NCBI GenBank assembly: GCA_032718475.1
Contig: JAUCBJ010007152.1
Location: 1 to 64,000, forward strand
Direction: 5' to 3'
DNA length: 64,000 nucleotides
From: Nemertoderma westbladi
Lineage: Eukaryota; Animalia; Xenacoelomorpha
The position numbers were made by a program, and so were the translations under genes. The notes beneath the pieces are model-generated. The model had not been told where the DNA came from, did not search any database, and saw only the letters and a program-made list of their open reading frames with translations. Of the stretch, positions 20,075-33,665 are shown piece by piece; positions within the stretch are counted from its first letter, which is position 1, and each line of letters begins with the position of its first letter.

Positions 20075-22918
20075 TTACACAGATAGAAGTACTTCCCAAC
20101 GGTCCCGTAAAGTCGAGGACGTACAAATATTAAAACAAACTGAAAGTAAATCGTTACTAGAAGACGCTACTCGCCTTGCGAGCGAGCCTGCCGCAACCCT
20201 ACATATTGCTACAAAAGTATTAACTCGATTATTTACAAAAATTGTATCCGCGTCATCACAGCGACTATACTTAAAAAGTAACCTGAACGCAGTATTGTAG
20301 GCTACACGGACCTTACGCAGTTCCTCAACTCTAAATATACTCCACAATGAAGTACAATAAAGACTGTAACAATAAGTTTTAAATAGCGCTCGTTTCACTG
20401 GCAATGAGCAACCGCCAAAGAAACGTGCTAACTGGTTACCACGGCGATAAAGAGAACGCTTAGCAACCATCATATCAGACTCATCTGACAGTGAACTACT
20501 AAGTATGTGTCCTAGATAAGTAAGTTCTTTTACGCAAGGTATTATTTTACCACATAAATAAACATCCCCAGATCTACCTAGTTTACATGTGTGAAAATAT
20601 AAACACTTAGATTTACCGGGGTTATACAGAATATCGTGATCGATACCATACTTTTCACAGATTCGTAATAGCACTCTCAGACCCTGAATACTAGGGGCCA
20701 AGACACAAAGGTCGTCGGCGTAAAGTAAGTTATTTAACCTACTGGACCCAACTTTACATCCTACAGAAGCACGATTTAATAATTTACTCAAATCATTAAG
20801 ATAAATGTTGAACAAAAGAGGAGACAACAACGAGCCTTGTCGTACAGAGTTACCGACACGAAAACCAGCTGAGGTAGCATTACCCCAGGTTACAGTTAGC
20901 ACTTGGTTAGTGTACCAGTAGAATAAAATACGTACTATACACACGGGTACTTTGAGATTTAATAATTTCTGAAAAAGTTTGTAATAATTAACCCGATCGA
21001 ACGCTTTAGAGGCGTCTAAGAATGCCACATAAACAGGCGAGTCACGGGAGATATATAAATGAACTGTTTCTTTAAGAACATATATACAAGTCTCGGTACC
21101 CAGTCCTGGACTAAAACCAAATTGATTGTCGGTCAATTTCGTTTTTCCCTTAATTCTACCAAATATACAAGATTCAAACACTTTAGCACAAATATTAGAT
21201 ATATTTATAGGCCTATAATTATCCTTATCAGACAAAGAGGCATTCTTATTCTTTACAATAGGAAACAAAGCACAAACCATAAATGAACTAGGAAGATATC
21301 CATGCGTTAATAATGCATTAAACAATAACGATAAAATAACACAGAGCTTATCACCGGCATACATAAAATGTTCCGGACAGACGCCATCGGGCCCGGCGGT
21401 CTTCCCGCCATTCAGCCCCTCAATAGCCGATTTTACTTCGCGAGGGGAAACATGAGTTTTCCCCTCACCATCCCAATTTTCAAAGGTTTTCTTTAGAGAC
21501 GAGATATCTTTCTCGTTGACGTCAACTGAGTTAAAAATACGTTCATAATTACCACGAAACAGATCAGCAATATCCGCGTCAGAATGAGCGTCACCAACTG
21601 AAGACGCTCTAGGGATTCTAGAATTAGTTATTTTTTGGGTTTGACGCCAAAAGTCCTTATTAGAAGCGAGAAATGAATCGGCCAATTTATCATTCCGAAT
21701 CTCCTTCTCTCGGGCTCTACAGTTACGTAGAGCCAATTTATATTGAGCTGACGTTTTCCTTTTTACTTCCCAAAGCAACCCCGTTTTAGGGTTTCCATTT
21801 TCCCGCCAAATACGGAAGGCCTCACGAGAGGCCTCACGTTTTTCTTTCACAGATTCATTCCAACCGGGGACCACTGGTTTGTTAGAGCCCCCCGTTTTAG
21901 AATCCGGAAAACATTCCGAACCAGAATTTTTCAAAATACGCATAACATTATCATGTAGCAACTGAAATTGTAACAAATGTGCCTCGTTGCAACAATGTAC
22001 ATCAGAACAAATAATTGCTTCGTGGGGCAATATAATATCAGAAAATAAAACATTAGTACGATCGGCATATGCACGTTTCATGTTATTATCTACTTTGTCC
22101 CAGAAGGGGGCGCTATAATTCTTACGTGAGTCATTATTCAAATTATTAGTTCCATTACAAAAATTATCACACTGCGAAAAAATAAATTTGAATGAAATAG
22201 GCATATGATCAAAATCTGACACCTCATACAGTATCTTCATATCCAAAATTAACTTATGAAATTCGCAACTCGATATCACGTGGTCGAGCCAAGACACGGT
22301 ACCGTGTACATGGCTCGTGTATGTGAACGAGTTACTAGGTAACAAATGAGAGTCAGAAATATACAGCTTTTCATTGTCGCAAAATTTCATAAGTTCCTTG
22401 CCAAAGCTTCGGCGCGGGTCAGCGTTAAAGTCTCCCAATATACAGTTACTAGTAAAAGTATTAAAATCAATGATCGAACCACATTTACCCAATAATTCAG
22501 AGAAATGGTCCATATTATCGTCCGATTGGCACGGCATATAAACATTGAGAAAAAGGCTCTGTGGGCCATCCGGGGCGCCAACCCGCAGACCCATAATACG
22601 CTCCACATTGAACTCCTGAAAATTAATATAAGGAGCCAATGGCTTGCGCCATAAAGCCGCCAAACCGCCATGTGGCCTACCCACCCTCGGGCCGAGGGAC
22701 AGGTCGACTGAGGAGACTCCCCTACCAAAAAAACTATCGTGGATAGAATTCAGTTTATGCAGATCTTGCTTTACCATCCAAGTTTCCTGTAAAAAAACAA
22801 TATCATGACTGTCTAGCAACTTAGTAACGTGGGGCAGGTTATTATCAATGCCATTACAGTTAAATGTACATATACGGAGTGAACTAGATATGGGTTCCAT
22901 CACGCTTTCTGGGACCAT
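20075..22918 (-). CDS. LINE ORF2, APE endonuclease + reverse transcriptase, intact
   Basis: TFNCNG, FLQETW, GDFNA, WLDH, SDFDH; YRPI, QFGF, FLDASKAFDRV, RQGSLLSP, YADD. Confidence 0.95.
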   Translation of the reverse strand: MVPESVMEPISSSLRICTFNCNGIDNNLPHVTKLLDSHDIVFLQETWMVKQDLHKLNSIHDSFFGRGVSSVDLSLGPRVGRPHGGLAALWRKPLAPYINFQEFNVERIMGLRVGAPDGPQSLFLNVYMPCQSDDNMDHFSELLGKCGSIIDFNTFTSNCILGDFNADPRRSFGKELMKFCDNEKLYISDSHLLPSNSFTYTSHVHGTVSWLDHVISSCEFHKLILDMKILYEVSDFDHMPISFKFIFSQCDNFCNGTNNLNNDSRKNYSAPFWDKVDNNMKRAYADRTNVLFSDIILPHEAIICSDVHCCNEAHLLQFQLLHDNVMRILKNSGSECFPDSKTGGSNKPVVPGWNESVKEKREASREAFRIWRENGNPKTGLLWEVKRKTSAQYKLALRNCRAREKEIRNDKLADSFLASNKDFWRQTQKITNSRIPRASSVGDAHSDADIADLFRGNYERIFNSVDVNEKDISSLKKTFENWDGEGKTHVSPREVKSAIEGLNGGKTAGPDGVCPEHFMYAGDKLCVILSLLFNALLTHGYLPSSFMVCALFPIVKNKNASLSDKDNYRPINISNICAKVFESCIFGRIKGKTKLTDNQFGFSPGLGTETCIYVLKETVHLYISRDSPVYVAFLDASKAFDRVNYYKLFQKLLNLKVPVCIVRILFYWYTNQVLTVTWGNATSAGFRVGNSVRQGSLLSPLLFNIYLNDLSKLLNRASVGCKVGSSRLNNLLYADDLCVLAPSIQGLRVLLRICEKYGIDHDILYNPGKSKCLYFHTCKLGRSGDVYLCGKIIPCVKELTYLGHILSSSLSDESDMMVAKRSLYRRGNQLARFFGGCSLPVKRALFKTYCYSLYCTSLWSIFRVEELRKVRVAYNTAFRLLFKYSRCDDADTIFVNNRVNTFVAICRVAAGSLARRVASSSNDLLSVCFNICTSSTLRDRWEVLLSV

Positions 22919-24070
22919 AGAATGAGCCTGGGCCCCAATACTCGTACGGCTTTATCATGCTAAACCTAGGCCAAATGGCCGGGTTCGATAGCCGCTCATA
23001 CACATCGTGGTCTCGAGTGGAGATGATGAACGAACTGTAGTCGTCAAACTTCTTCTTCGAGTTAGCAACAACCGACACCGTCTCAATATCGTGTTTGTTC
23101 TTCAGAAAGTCCACTATAGAATCCGATGTAGCCGTGGGCTGCAGTCGCGTTACGAACAGCTTCTTCAGAGCCGGCTGTTTCTCCACAGCCTGCAACTCAG
23201 CAAATTCTCCGGTTCCTGAAACCAGCGGCTTGCGCGATCGTCTCTTTCTGAGATATTGCGTAAAGCCATCTTTATCAGGAACAGAATCCAACTCACCTAA
23301 CCGCTCCGGCGGTCGGGGGGCTGCCGGAGGACCGGCTCCTCTCCCGCGACCCAAACCCGAAGAAGGAACATATCTCGGGTTAGACGCCGGGGGCGCACCG
23401 AGCCTCGAGGAAGCCCCGGGGGCGGATTGGGCGGAAGACAACGCGTCCCGGTAAGGCAACTCCATAATGGTGGGAGTAGGCCCGCGAGAGTCGTTAATAA
23501 CACTGAACGAGGTAGTCGAGGAATCGATACCCTCCGAGAGACCCGCGCATGAACGCGAGTGATCCATGAAGCCTAAAGTAGGCGCAGGCCTAAGCAGAGC
23601 ACGATCGCCGGATTCGACACAATGCTGGTTGCGCAATATCTCAAACTCGTTTCTCAGTTCCAGTACATCGCCTTGCCGTGCAGTACTACCGATATTTGTC
23701 GTGTTCCTAGCAACTTCCACCCGTAAGTCGGACAGAATAGATCGTAAGTCCCTCAGGTCATCAGATTGAACCATTGCCTCTACCGCTTTACGGTCAGTAG
23801 GAGGTAGGCGGCAGGGATTTAAAGCGAAGAAGGTAGGTCTCGCTGGAGCGTCTACAAAGGCGTTCTCGTTAAATACCATATAGATATCGGAGGCATGGCT
23901 AATTTTCTTTTTATTCCCCATGCGACCGACCCAAGCAGGAAGAGGTCTTCCGGAAACCGCACATTTCGTTGTTTCGTGAAAGAGCAGCCGTTTAGCCTCT
24001 ACAACCTCTTCCAAGGAGTAGAAACTGTTGACAATAGACAAAAGGGACTGTTTAAAACTGTTCAAAAGGG
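22884..24070 (-). CDS. LINE ORF1 (coiled coil + RRM-like C-terminus), N-terminus missing
   Basis: KKLFVTRL...YSSFII...NPAIWP. The frame runs through the 5' junction into LTR sequence. Confidence 0.8.
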
Positions 24071-27041
24071 ACCTATAGAACAATCGAGAATTTTCTCGAT
24101 TGATTGCAGCACAAATTTGCTATAAAAGGGTGCGATTTGTTCATTAGTTATTATTCTCTCAGTTATTCAGTTATCTGATATTTGTTTATTCTGTCATTAG
24201 TTTTCAGATTACATTGTATTATAATTATATCTTCTGTAATAAAGTCAGAATTATCGCTAATCTGCTTTTCCTATCTGTTTTACCATGGATTCACTACGGT
24301 GAACAAACTTAGGGACAGGATGGCCGGCTAGAGATCGGGCCGCAGCAATGAACGGGAACATCGGAGGAATGTAGACGAGAGACAACCCGCAATACCATCT
24401 AGAGTTATTCGCCCATCGCCTGAAAGGTTAGACAGCGTTCGATCCTTGCTACCTAAGTGTAAGACCAAAAGATCAAAAGGTAGACGTAGTGACACGCTGT
24501 AAGCCTAAAATTACATCATAGGGACTGTACTGTCTTGATTCAGAAAAAACCGCAGTAGACCTTCATATTCCTACGGGGGGAGGGAGAGAGCGCAGGCAGA
24601 TACTAGTACGCAGATAGGACGTAGGCACACCGGTACAAGGCATACACATTGGTTAGGGTGCAGCAAACTGTACGCTTAACTCTTGCTAAGTACAGGTGCG
24701 TCTGTGACTATTTGCCGTACAACGGTGTCCATTGCATTAGAACTTGTAGGCTAGGGGGGTTGCTGTGTTTTCACCTGAATTGGGATTGTACCGTTCAGGC
24801 GGTAGGGCAGTTTACTGGTTTACACTAGGCGCAAATAAATTGAGGCTATCAGGGATATACTAACATCTACCGTGTCCCCGCCAACGCCCTAATAGGAAGT
24901 TACCCGGACTACCTGGGTGACTAAAATTCTAGATAGGAGCCAGGATAGCTATTAGTACCTGTACGCCTACAGTAGTAAACTAACACATCTCTTCTTAGTA
25001 TCAGGGACCTGGTACCTAAAATTGCCGAATTCTGGGCGTAGTATTAACCTTATGCCTGAATTTGAGTCCTGGAAATACGCAAGAGGGGAAGGAACCTTAT
25101 CATTCGTGAGTATTAGACCTACAAGTTACAAAATTAGAATATTCGTAAAATGCACACCGTACCCAGTAATTATATATGTGAAGGAGCAAAACTGTTTTTG
25201 ACCGTTCAGAATTAACACACGCGCGTTAGAAATTATTTACACCTCAAAATATATAAAATTAACTTTCGTCCTTACTGCACTTTGCCCGCTAGTTAGACAT
25301 CTCCAAATATCTGCCTCTGTACCTAGCTAGCGTCCCTTTTGCCCAACCATATAAATCACACCGCGGCAAAGTATACGAGCCCCTTAGTCCGTCAGTGAGT
25401 CAGCCTGATTTTAGGATTCGCTGCGCGGGATTTTTGTTTTATCGAAGTTTGTCTGCTCGTAGACTGTTTTCTGCCTCACCGGTTATAAGAGATCGATACT
25501 GCAATATATTCGCTTACTTAGAGTTTACTGTTTTGGTGAGAAGGTCGGATTTATGATTTGATTCACAAACTTTACAGTAGGATATTGCAGGTATTGTTAC
25601 TGTCTCTTCGAATACCTTATTAGTGAACGTTGTAAAAATAAAAAAATATGATATGGGCCAAATAGCCTACTGTGTGGTATGAATTTTAAGAGCATGGGTA
25701 CTATTAACACGTTTTAAACGATATAAAAAAAACTGGCCTTGATGCTACAGCACTACTTTTAAAAATCCCTCCATTTGTTTCTATCCTATAATTACAGTCA
25801 GCTATGGTGATGGGTTTTTTATGATATTTGTAAGATGTGTATTTTAAATTTGAAAGGTTTTTATACTTTAACCCTCCCCCGGTAACATGGGGTAAAATAA
25901 TACCCAAAGGGGATAAATTTTGATATTTTTCGACAATCTCTCATCTTATGTATGTCCAACTTCATAGTATCTTCCAAAAAAATTGTAATCTAACGATTGT
26001 GTGGGTCAAACCCATAAAATTTTGTTTATGAAAAATGTTATGGCCCCTTAATTTGAAAACAACTTAGTTAGGTAAGATGGGGTATAAAAATACCCCCTTT
26101 TTCAGTTTGTTGCTGTATTTAATAACGTTATGGTGCTCGTTTAGTGGTGCTTTGTGGCTCATTTTGGTTTCATTGGAACAACAACGGTCGATTTAGTTGT
26201 ACTAGACAGCTAGAGGCATGTTTTAACTTTGTCTTTTAAGACCAAATTATCAGTATTATGAAGCTACCGTACTGTATTGTGTATGGCCTGTATTTCACAA
26301 TCCAAGACTTCGGCCTAATCGCGATGCGATAGATTGCTAAGTATATGTGAATAACTCTTATTGTAGGCTTTCTTAGTGGTGTTCTGGCCTTTTGGGTCTC
26401 ATTTTGGGTTAATTGTAGGCCTACAGTTGTACAGTAGCGCGTTGTACCACCCTTGCATTGTGAGTGGGGAATTACAGTAGAAAAAATTTAGTCAAACATG
26501 CAGTTAGATCAAGGCATTCATTACTTACATAAGGCGTTGTAAATTGAGCTATATCATTCGTGAGTTTTCATTTACAATAGCAATAACTTGCCTTCTATAT
26601 ATAAACTTTATAGACTTATTAGAGAGAGCTAGCGTCGTTGTTCGCACTTATGGTGTACCGCTGGCCCTGCGGTTAATAGCGCGTTGTACCACCCTTTCAT
26701 TGCGAGTGGGGAATTAGAAACAATTTAGTTGCAGATAGATGCAGTTAGATCACGGCATTCATTTATTACATAGGGCGTTAAGCCTTGGCATACTATAGGG
26801 CTTCTAAAGGGGACATATGTAATGTACTGTATAACGAATATTTGTTTATACAGTATCTTATTCGCACAACTTACAGACGATAGGCCTATTGTTCCCACAA
26901 CTTACAATCTTATCTACAAATATACATTCAATTAAAAGTATATAATCATAATATATATTATGATACATAATATATTATCTGGATATAATCAAACTATCTT
27001 AATTCAATTTAGGCCTACAGTTATCAATATATCCCACAATA

Positions 27042-28200
27042 ATGAACTTAAGTGACAAATGCAGCATTTGTCAGTATTCAATGATCCGGAAACACACTGT
27101 GAGGTTACTTCCATGTCGGCACTTACTTCACGAAACATGTAGTATTCCGATCATAGGAGCAAACTCACCAACTTGCCGGAATTGCCGCGCAGAAGTAGTA
27201 GAATCGGCCCTGGTTAATAGAACAACCTCCCTTAACTAAATAATACCGATAGGGATCGTCAGTTGATTGTTGAATCAGGAAACCGAGGTGAAGAGTGGAA
27301 TGCATTAGCCAATACCCTTGGCGTCAATTATAAAACCGTGTATCAATGGATTCGATCGGAAAAAAGGAAACCCAAAGGGGGTTAATAGAATTAATTAGTA
27401 ATGTTGTTCTGGAACACAAGATAAGCTGGCTTGAGGAAAATCCATGCATAACACTTCGAATGATTAAATCCAGGCTGATGGTGAGTCACAATATAAACGT
27501 TTGTCTGTCAACCATATCGAATGCCCTGGATGGTTTGTCTTTTATGAAATCGTTACACCACCAGCCAATTAGCATGAACAACGACATCAATAAACAAAAA
27601 CGACGTGAATATGTTCAAGTTATCAACGAATACATTCGCCAGGGGCGTCAAGTCATGTGGCTGGACGAGACAAATTTTAACTTGTTTTTACTTCGGAGAA
27701 ACGGCTGTTCAAGAGTAGGAAATAGAGCTATTCTTACTTTAACAGCCACACGTTGTCCAAACATTCATCTTATTGGTGCTATAACAATGAACAGTGTGGT
27801 TAAGATGGATACAGGGGGGGGGGGGGGGGGGGGTGGGTCTTTTCCGTGGGAAACTGCGAATGAATGGGTTCAAGGTGCTCTGGGTCAATGGGTAGATGGA
27901 TGGTTCGCTTCAAACGAACTTGTTGTCGTCGCCAACAACGCGCCTTGCCACAATCGTCTACTGTTAGTTTTTGCCGAAAGTCAAGCTGTATTCGTAAAAC
28001 TCGGTCCATATAGCCCAATGTTACCCATCGAAACTACGATTTGGTGTAAGATTAAATCGTACGTTATATCAGCAATAACTGTCCCCGAAGTTAGCGGAGT
28101 TGGTTTAGGAGAAAAGCGATTGCAATATCTTGAACAGTTAATCGATATTTCCAGGGCCACTGTTACAGTCGGAGACTGCTCAAGGGCAGCGCATGCAGTA
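27042..28200 (+). pseudogene. IS630/Tc1/mariner transposase preceded by a RING finger, frameshifted
   Basis: RING-H2 CSIC..PCRHLLHETC..CRNCR; HTH LANTLGVNYKTVYQW; DDE motifs WLDETNFN, NNAPCH (D to N), PYSPML-PIE. Confidence 0.7.
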
Positions 28201-31200
28201 CGGCGATATACAGATATAGACGGTACTCCTATAGCAATACAGCCTATTTTCTATTCGCTCTCCTGGCATTTAACAGTTTAATCATCAATACTAGTCTACA
28301 ATACAGAATGGCTGCAGCAGCAGCCCCAGCCAGAGGTACCCGATTTACAAATGTCTGTAAAGCATTTAATTCAGATACAGACTGGTGGGAAACATACACA
28401 ATTATGTTCAATACCAAACTATGTACTACAGATTAGAACCATCCAGATGGTACACAAATGGACAATGATGCCATTCTACAAGCAAAAACGGACATGTTTA
28501 TTGCTAATTGCAGTTTGCAAACTATTGATTTGCTGAATGATCTGATGTACCCATCAGATATCACCAAGGAACCATTCGACAGTTTAGAACGAACACTGAA
28601 GCAATATTTTCTAAAAGGAAAATCAAAACAGATAGAAAGGCGACGATTCAACCAATGTGTACAGAGTCCTGAAGAATCAATCACTGACTACGCCAAACGG
28701 TTGCGGAATATTGCACGCAACTGTCAGTTTGGAGATTCTCTAGATGGGCGACTGAGTGAGCAACTGGCTGCTGGAGTTCTTAATGAAAATCTCGCAACCG
28801 AACTCATTCACAAAGATGATCCCACTTTTCCAGAGGCACTACTAACTGCTGTCAATTATGAAGAAGCGTACAAAATTGCACAAAGTCGCAAAGTAACTTC
28901 AAAAGTCGATGTGGGACACATTACAACACAACCATTTGGTGGAAAGAAATTTAATTACGGGAAGAAAAATAATCCTCGATGGAAATCCTACAGGATATAC
29001 ACCCAATCACAACCAGTTTACACAAGCTACAGGTGTTACATGTCATCGATATAGTAAATCAGGACACAAAGTTCCACAATGTAGACTTCCATCCCATGTT
29101 GAGTGTTGTTTCTGCCATTTACGAGGTCATACCGTGTCTGCATGTATAAGGAAACAAAAAGGCTCATTTACACATACTGAATCAATGGTGACAGCAAAGA
29201 CAACTGGTAGATCTAATAGAGGCAACACCAATGCTGTTTCGGTTCAAAATGATGAATATGATGATATATTCCTGAGCCATACGGAGTTTGAAGACCAGAC
29301 TACAGATGAATCTATAGCTAACGATCCTGTTACATTACCAAAGGTAAAACCTATTATACTACATATTAATGTACAACAGCAGTTATTAGAAATGCAATAT
29401 GATCAACGAATCACAGCATCATATCATTTGAGACATATATGCTTAAATTCTCTGACATTAAATTACATACATGTACAGCTAAATTATGTGGTTACTTCCA
29501 TGGAAGCACTGAAATAGAAGGTGTTATATATGTCGATATTCAAGGCCATATTCATAAGACGTTCATATTCAAGTACCAGATTACAGAAAGATTATTGGCT
29601 TACCTCTTATCGTAACAAAAAATGATACCTCCAGATCAATGCCATTATTCGGTTTATATTGGTTACAACGATTTCAATTAATTGGTGGTAATACAGATGA
29701 CTTATTACAAAAAACACAGATCGAAAGTTCTGATATCTATATCGATATTGTGTCTACAATATCGATATAGATATCAGAACTTTACGATGGAAAACAAACT
29801 TCAAAGTTGGCTAAGAGAGTACAAAGACGTGCTAACTGGTGTTAGCTGCTATAAGGGTGAAATTACAAAAATTCGCCTGAAAAACAACAATGTAAAACCA
29901 GTTTTCTACTGGTTCGTATAACCCCTGCAGCATATAAAGATAAAGTACAGGAACAACTAATGAAAGACATTGAAGAAGGGCGCCTAGCGTATCCAGACCC
30001 CACTGAAACTATTGAATGGGCTACACCCTTGGTCATTGTCCCTAAACCAGATGGGAGAGTTAGAATTTGCGGTGATTACAAAAGCACAGTCAACCCTTAT
30101 CTTATTGGCGACCAATTTCCACTAATGAATATTGAGTAAATGTCTACGTTATTACAAGGAAATAAAATATTTACAAAACTTGATTTAGCAGCAGCTTACA
30201 ATCAACTTCCAATTGATGATGAAAGCCAAATCCTACTTATTCTGGCTACACCATTAGGTTTGTTAAAACCTACCCATATGCCTTATGGCATTACACCTGC
30301 CGCTGCTAAATGTCTAAAAGTTGCTCATAAAACATTTCATAAACATATCACTGTAGCATATATGGATGAATTCCTTATAGCTTCAAAGAATACTGCAGAG
30401 CACCTACAAACACTACAACAAGTATTTCAATCTCTACGCGAAGCAGGTCTTACAGTGGCTCTTAAGAAATGCTCTTTCTTCAAAGAAGAATTAGAGTTTT
30501 GTGGACATATCATTAGCAGCAAAGAATTCTCAGCTGATCCTAAAAAAGTTGCTGCTATAATGAATCTTTGGGCACCTTCAACACATATAGAACTACAAAG
30601 TGTTATGGGTACCATGAACTACTTACACAGATATGTTCATCGCTACGCAGAATTATCTAAACCTTTATATGATATTTTCAAACAAGAGGGGCCTATTCAA
30701 TGGACGAAAGAGCTACATTTAACATATAATAAACTTAAAGAAAGCATAGCTCAATCCACCTTATTACATCATTTCAAACCAGAATATACAACTGAAGTAA
30801 TCACAGATGCATCTGAAGAAACAGTTTCAGCAATTCTAGGGCAACGAAAAAATTCTAATGAATTCCAGCCAATTGCATTTGCATCTGCAAACCTAGAAAA
30901 CCATCAGAAACGATACTCACAACTTGACCGTGAAGCCTTAGGAATTATGTTCGGCGTTCGACGATTTCAACATTATGTCATAGGATGGAAATTCAAATTA
31001 ATAACGGACAACCGTCCATTGAAACGCATATTACACCCTCAGAAATCATTACCCACTACAATGATATCGAGACTTCAACATTGGGCAGTAGAATTGGCAG
31101 CTTACGATTATACTGTTGTTAGCATACAGTCTGAAGATAACATTGCTGATTCACTATCACGGTTAACCCCAAACACCAGTGAAAAAGTTGAAGACAACGA

Positions 31201-32999
31201 TATAACAATTCGTTTTATTGATATTGTGCAAAGTCAAGCTCTAAATGATTGCACAATAATTAATAGACATACATTGCAAGAAGAAACCACGAAAGATGAA
31301 ACACTCTATTACTTGAGATGTTTACTAGAATATGGTGAAACTATAAAAAATAGTTCTGTTACGAGGCTATAAAGCCATTGAGAATTAATTATCTGGGAAA
31401 GATAACATTATATTTCGAGGAAATTCAATTATTATACCAGAAAGTATACGAAATGTTGTTTTACAAGAATTACACTTATCACACATTGGAGAGAAAGGGA
31501 TGTATAGCAACGCAATGGAAGTTTGTTGGTGACCCACAATGAAGGAAGATATAAAGTTGTATACATCAGCCTGTGAAGCATGCCAAGCATTTCGCAATTT
31601 GACACCTCAAATATACAAACCATTACCGGAACCAACTAGTCCATTTGAGAGAGTACACATTGACCTAGCTGATTACAAACATGATATCTTGTTGGGTGTC
31701 ATTGATGTATACTCAAAATGGAAAGATGCGCGCTTATTACTGAAAAGGGGTTCCACCCAAATTATATCTGAATTGCGCAATATATTTGCTATAATTGGCA
31801 TCCCGTGCATAATATTCAGTGACAATGGGCCACAATTTGTATCCAATGAGATTGAAGATTTCTTTAGTAATAACGGAATAACTCATTGGACCTCAGCACC
31901 TTACAACCCTACTTTCAATGGAGCAGCCGAATGTGCTGTTAAAGCCTTCAATAAATCATTGTCGCAAGCAAATCAAGCGCAAGGAATAGATTCTGAATTC
32001 ACTATCAGAGACCATATTAGCTTCTTTCTGATGCAGGATCGTAATTCTCCTTATTCCAAAATTGAGTCAACACCAAACGAAGTGTTATTTCGACACAAAG
32101 TTAAAACATGATTCGATCAAAAATTAAATTACCCAATACACAGTTCAGACAAAAATATAAATGGGAAATTCATGATCAATGAAGCTGTTCGGATTAACAA
32201 CTACCATAGACATGGGAGAGGCTAAGTCTTATCGAAATGGATTCCAGGGAAAGTCATTGCTTCTGAAGGTTCTTGCATATATAAGATACAAGTGGGAGAC
32301 ATTATAGTTCGTAGAAACGTAAATCAAATGCGTAGACAAGATAACCCCTGGGCGAAATATGAAGAAAGTATACCAAAAGGAGAGTCATACAGGGAAGATA
32401 TTACTAATGAGATACAAGACATCGTTTCACCACCAAGATTACTATCTAAAGATACTAGCGAGAATGGTAGTAAACCAATATCTGGAAACGATATGTCAAT
32501 GACTAGAGATAAACAAAGTACACCTCAACGACAGACTCAAATGCCTATTTGAGGCATCCAAAACTCTTATTAAGGTGAAAGCATTCATACCCCAACTACA
32601 CCTCAGGCGAATGTTTCAAATCCTCAAACAAAAACTCTAAGGAGCGGGAAACAATACATTGTCAAATAGACTAAATACAAACTACAAACTGAGTTCAAGA
32701 TTGTTCGTGAGGGGGTGATATTAGGGTTCACATATAACTCTAGCATCTAAGAACTGTCAGTACATATATTATGTAACCCATTAACTACTGACTGCCTGAA
32801 TGTACTGTTATACTGTATGTATATGTATACCAGTAACGAGTATGTCACTTTGCAGTTGATTGCTTACAATGTACTAGACTCATACATTCATAGACATGAA
32901 CCTCCATGCTATCTTTTATACGCTTAACAAGCACCTTAGAAATTAGCGCTGCGAGTTAATTGTTTAGTTTTTATACAGAAGAACAATACCGGTACAACA
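28200..32999 (+). mobile_element. Degenerate Ty3/Gypsy element: gag-pol and probable 3' LTR from about 32719; 5' LTR not seen
   Basis: Gag Q..EESITDY..LR; two zinc knuckles; RT WATPLV..RICGDYK, LDLAAAYNQ, YMDE; RNase H TDAS..YSQLDREAL; integrase HIDL..SDNGPQF; PPT GAGGGGG at 32709. Many stops and frameshifts. Confidence 0.85.
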
Positions 33000-33249
33000 T
33001 TTGCTACACCCGTACATGGGAGAAGAAAGATACCAGTACAGCGGTACTATACAATCATTGAATACCGGTACCCTACCTGCCTACACTTACCGCTAGGCCT
33101 ATTATCACTCATATATTTATCGTTTATCGTTAACAATTGTATATATATTAGGTAGAGGGTCCATTTTAGCTTTAGGCCACATATTAGTTGTATAGTTTAT
33201 TTAATTATTTCTCACTGTCTTATAGACTGCTAAGAATTCGTATTTGTAT

Positions 33250-33640
33250 TTGTGGGGCCACGAAGTGAGCGAAGCCTTAGCATATGGGTGCCATTAACGA
33301 GTTGTCTGTCATCGTCGTCGTCTTTCCGTCATCGTCATCATCGTAAATTTTGGATGGCTAATAACTCGGTTATTCCTTGATGAAATTAAACGAAACTTGG
33401 TACGTATGTAGTCCGGCAAAAGTTTAGAAAGAATCAGAAGTTTGGTAAAAAAAACGAACGAATGTAACGAGTTTACATTGGATACGAGTATCCATTTGCC
33501 ATAAAAAAGCAGTTACTCTCACAGTTTCGAGACTTTGCATAGTTATAAAGGTCATTAGTCTCCGTGTAGGAATATTATTTTAAGACAAAACAGGACGAGC
33601 GCAACGAGGCTAATGTAGGATAAGAGTATTTTTAAAACTA
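33250..33640 (+). mobile_element. Possible Helentron/DINE-1-like non-autonomous fragment
   Basis: Short hairpin, (GTC/ATC)n microsatellite, then the AAACTTGGTAC.. motif typical of these elements. Confidence 0.35.
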
Positions 33641-33665
33641 AAAATGTCATACTTAACTTAAATAG

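Larger units (their letters stand above)
19768..24070 (-). mobile_element. APE-type LINE (RTE-X-like or CR1/L2 group), 5'-truncated within ORF1
   Basis: TSD ACCTAT (19762-19767 and 24071-24076), (TAAA)n tail at the left end, ORF1 plus ORF2. Confidence 0.92.
5021..25614 (+). mobile_element. Full-length BEL/Pao LTR retrotransposon
   Basis: Two 1904-bp LTRs, 5-bp TSD CCTTA (5016-5020 and 25615-25619), and a BEL-type gag-pol in the order PR-RT-RH-IN. Confidence 0.97.
19402..25614 (+). repeat. 3' LTR, interrupted by a LINE
   Basis: Preceded by PPT GGAGCGG. Length 6213 minus the 4303-bp LINE minus the 6-bp TSD equals 1904 bp. Confidence 0.95.

Noticed and set aside
24071-24083. Start codon of LINE ORF1
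   Set aside because: It lies in TSD/LTR sequence outside the LINE; ORF1 is 5'-truncated.
25868-26780. piggyBac-like end (TTAA-CCCT) and a ~120-bp dispersed duplication
   Set aside because: No matching opposite terminus found.
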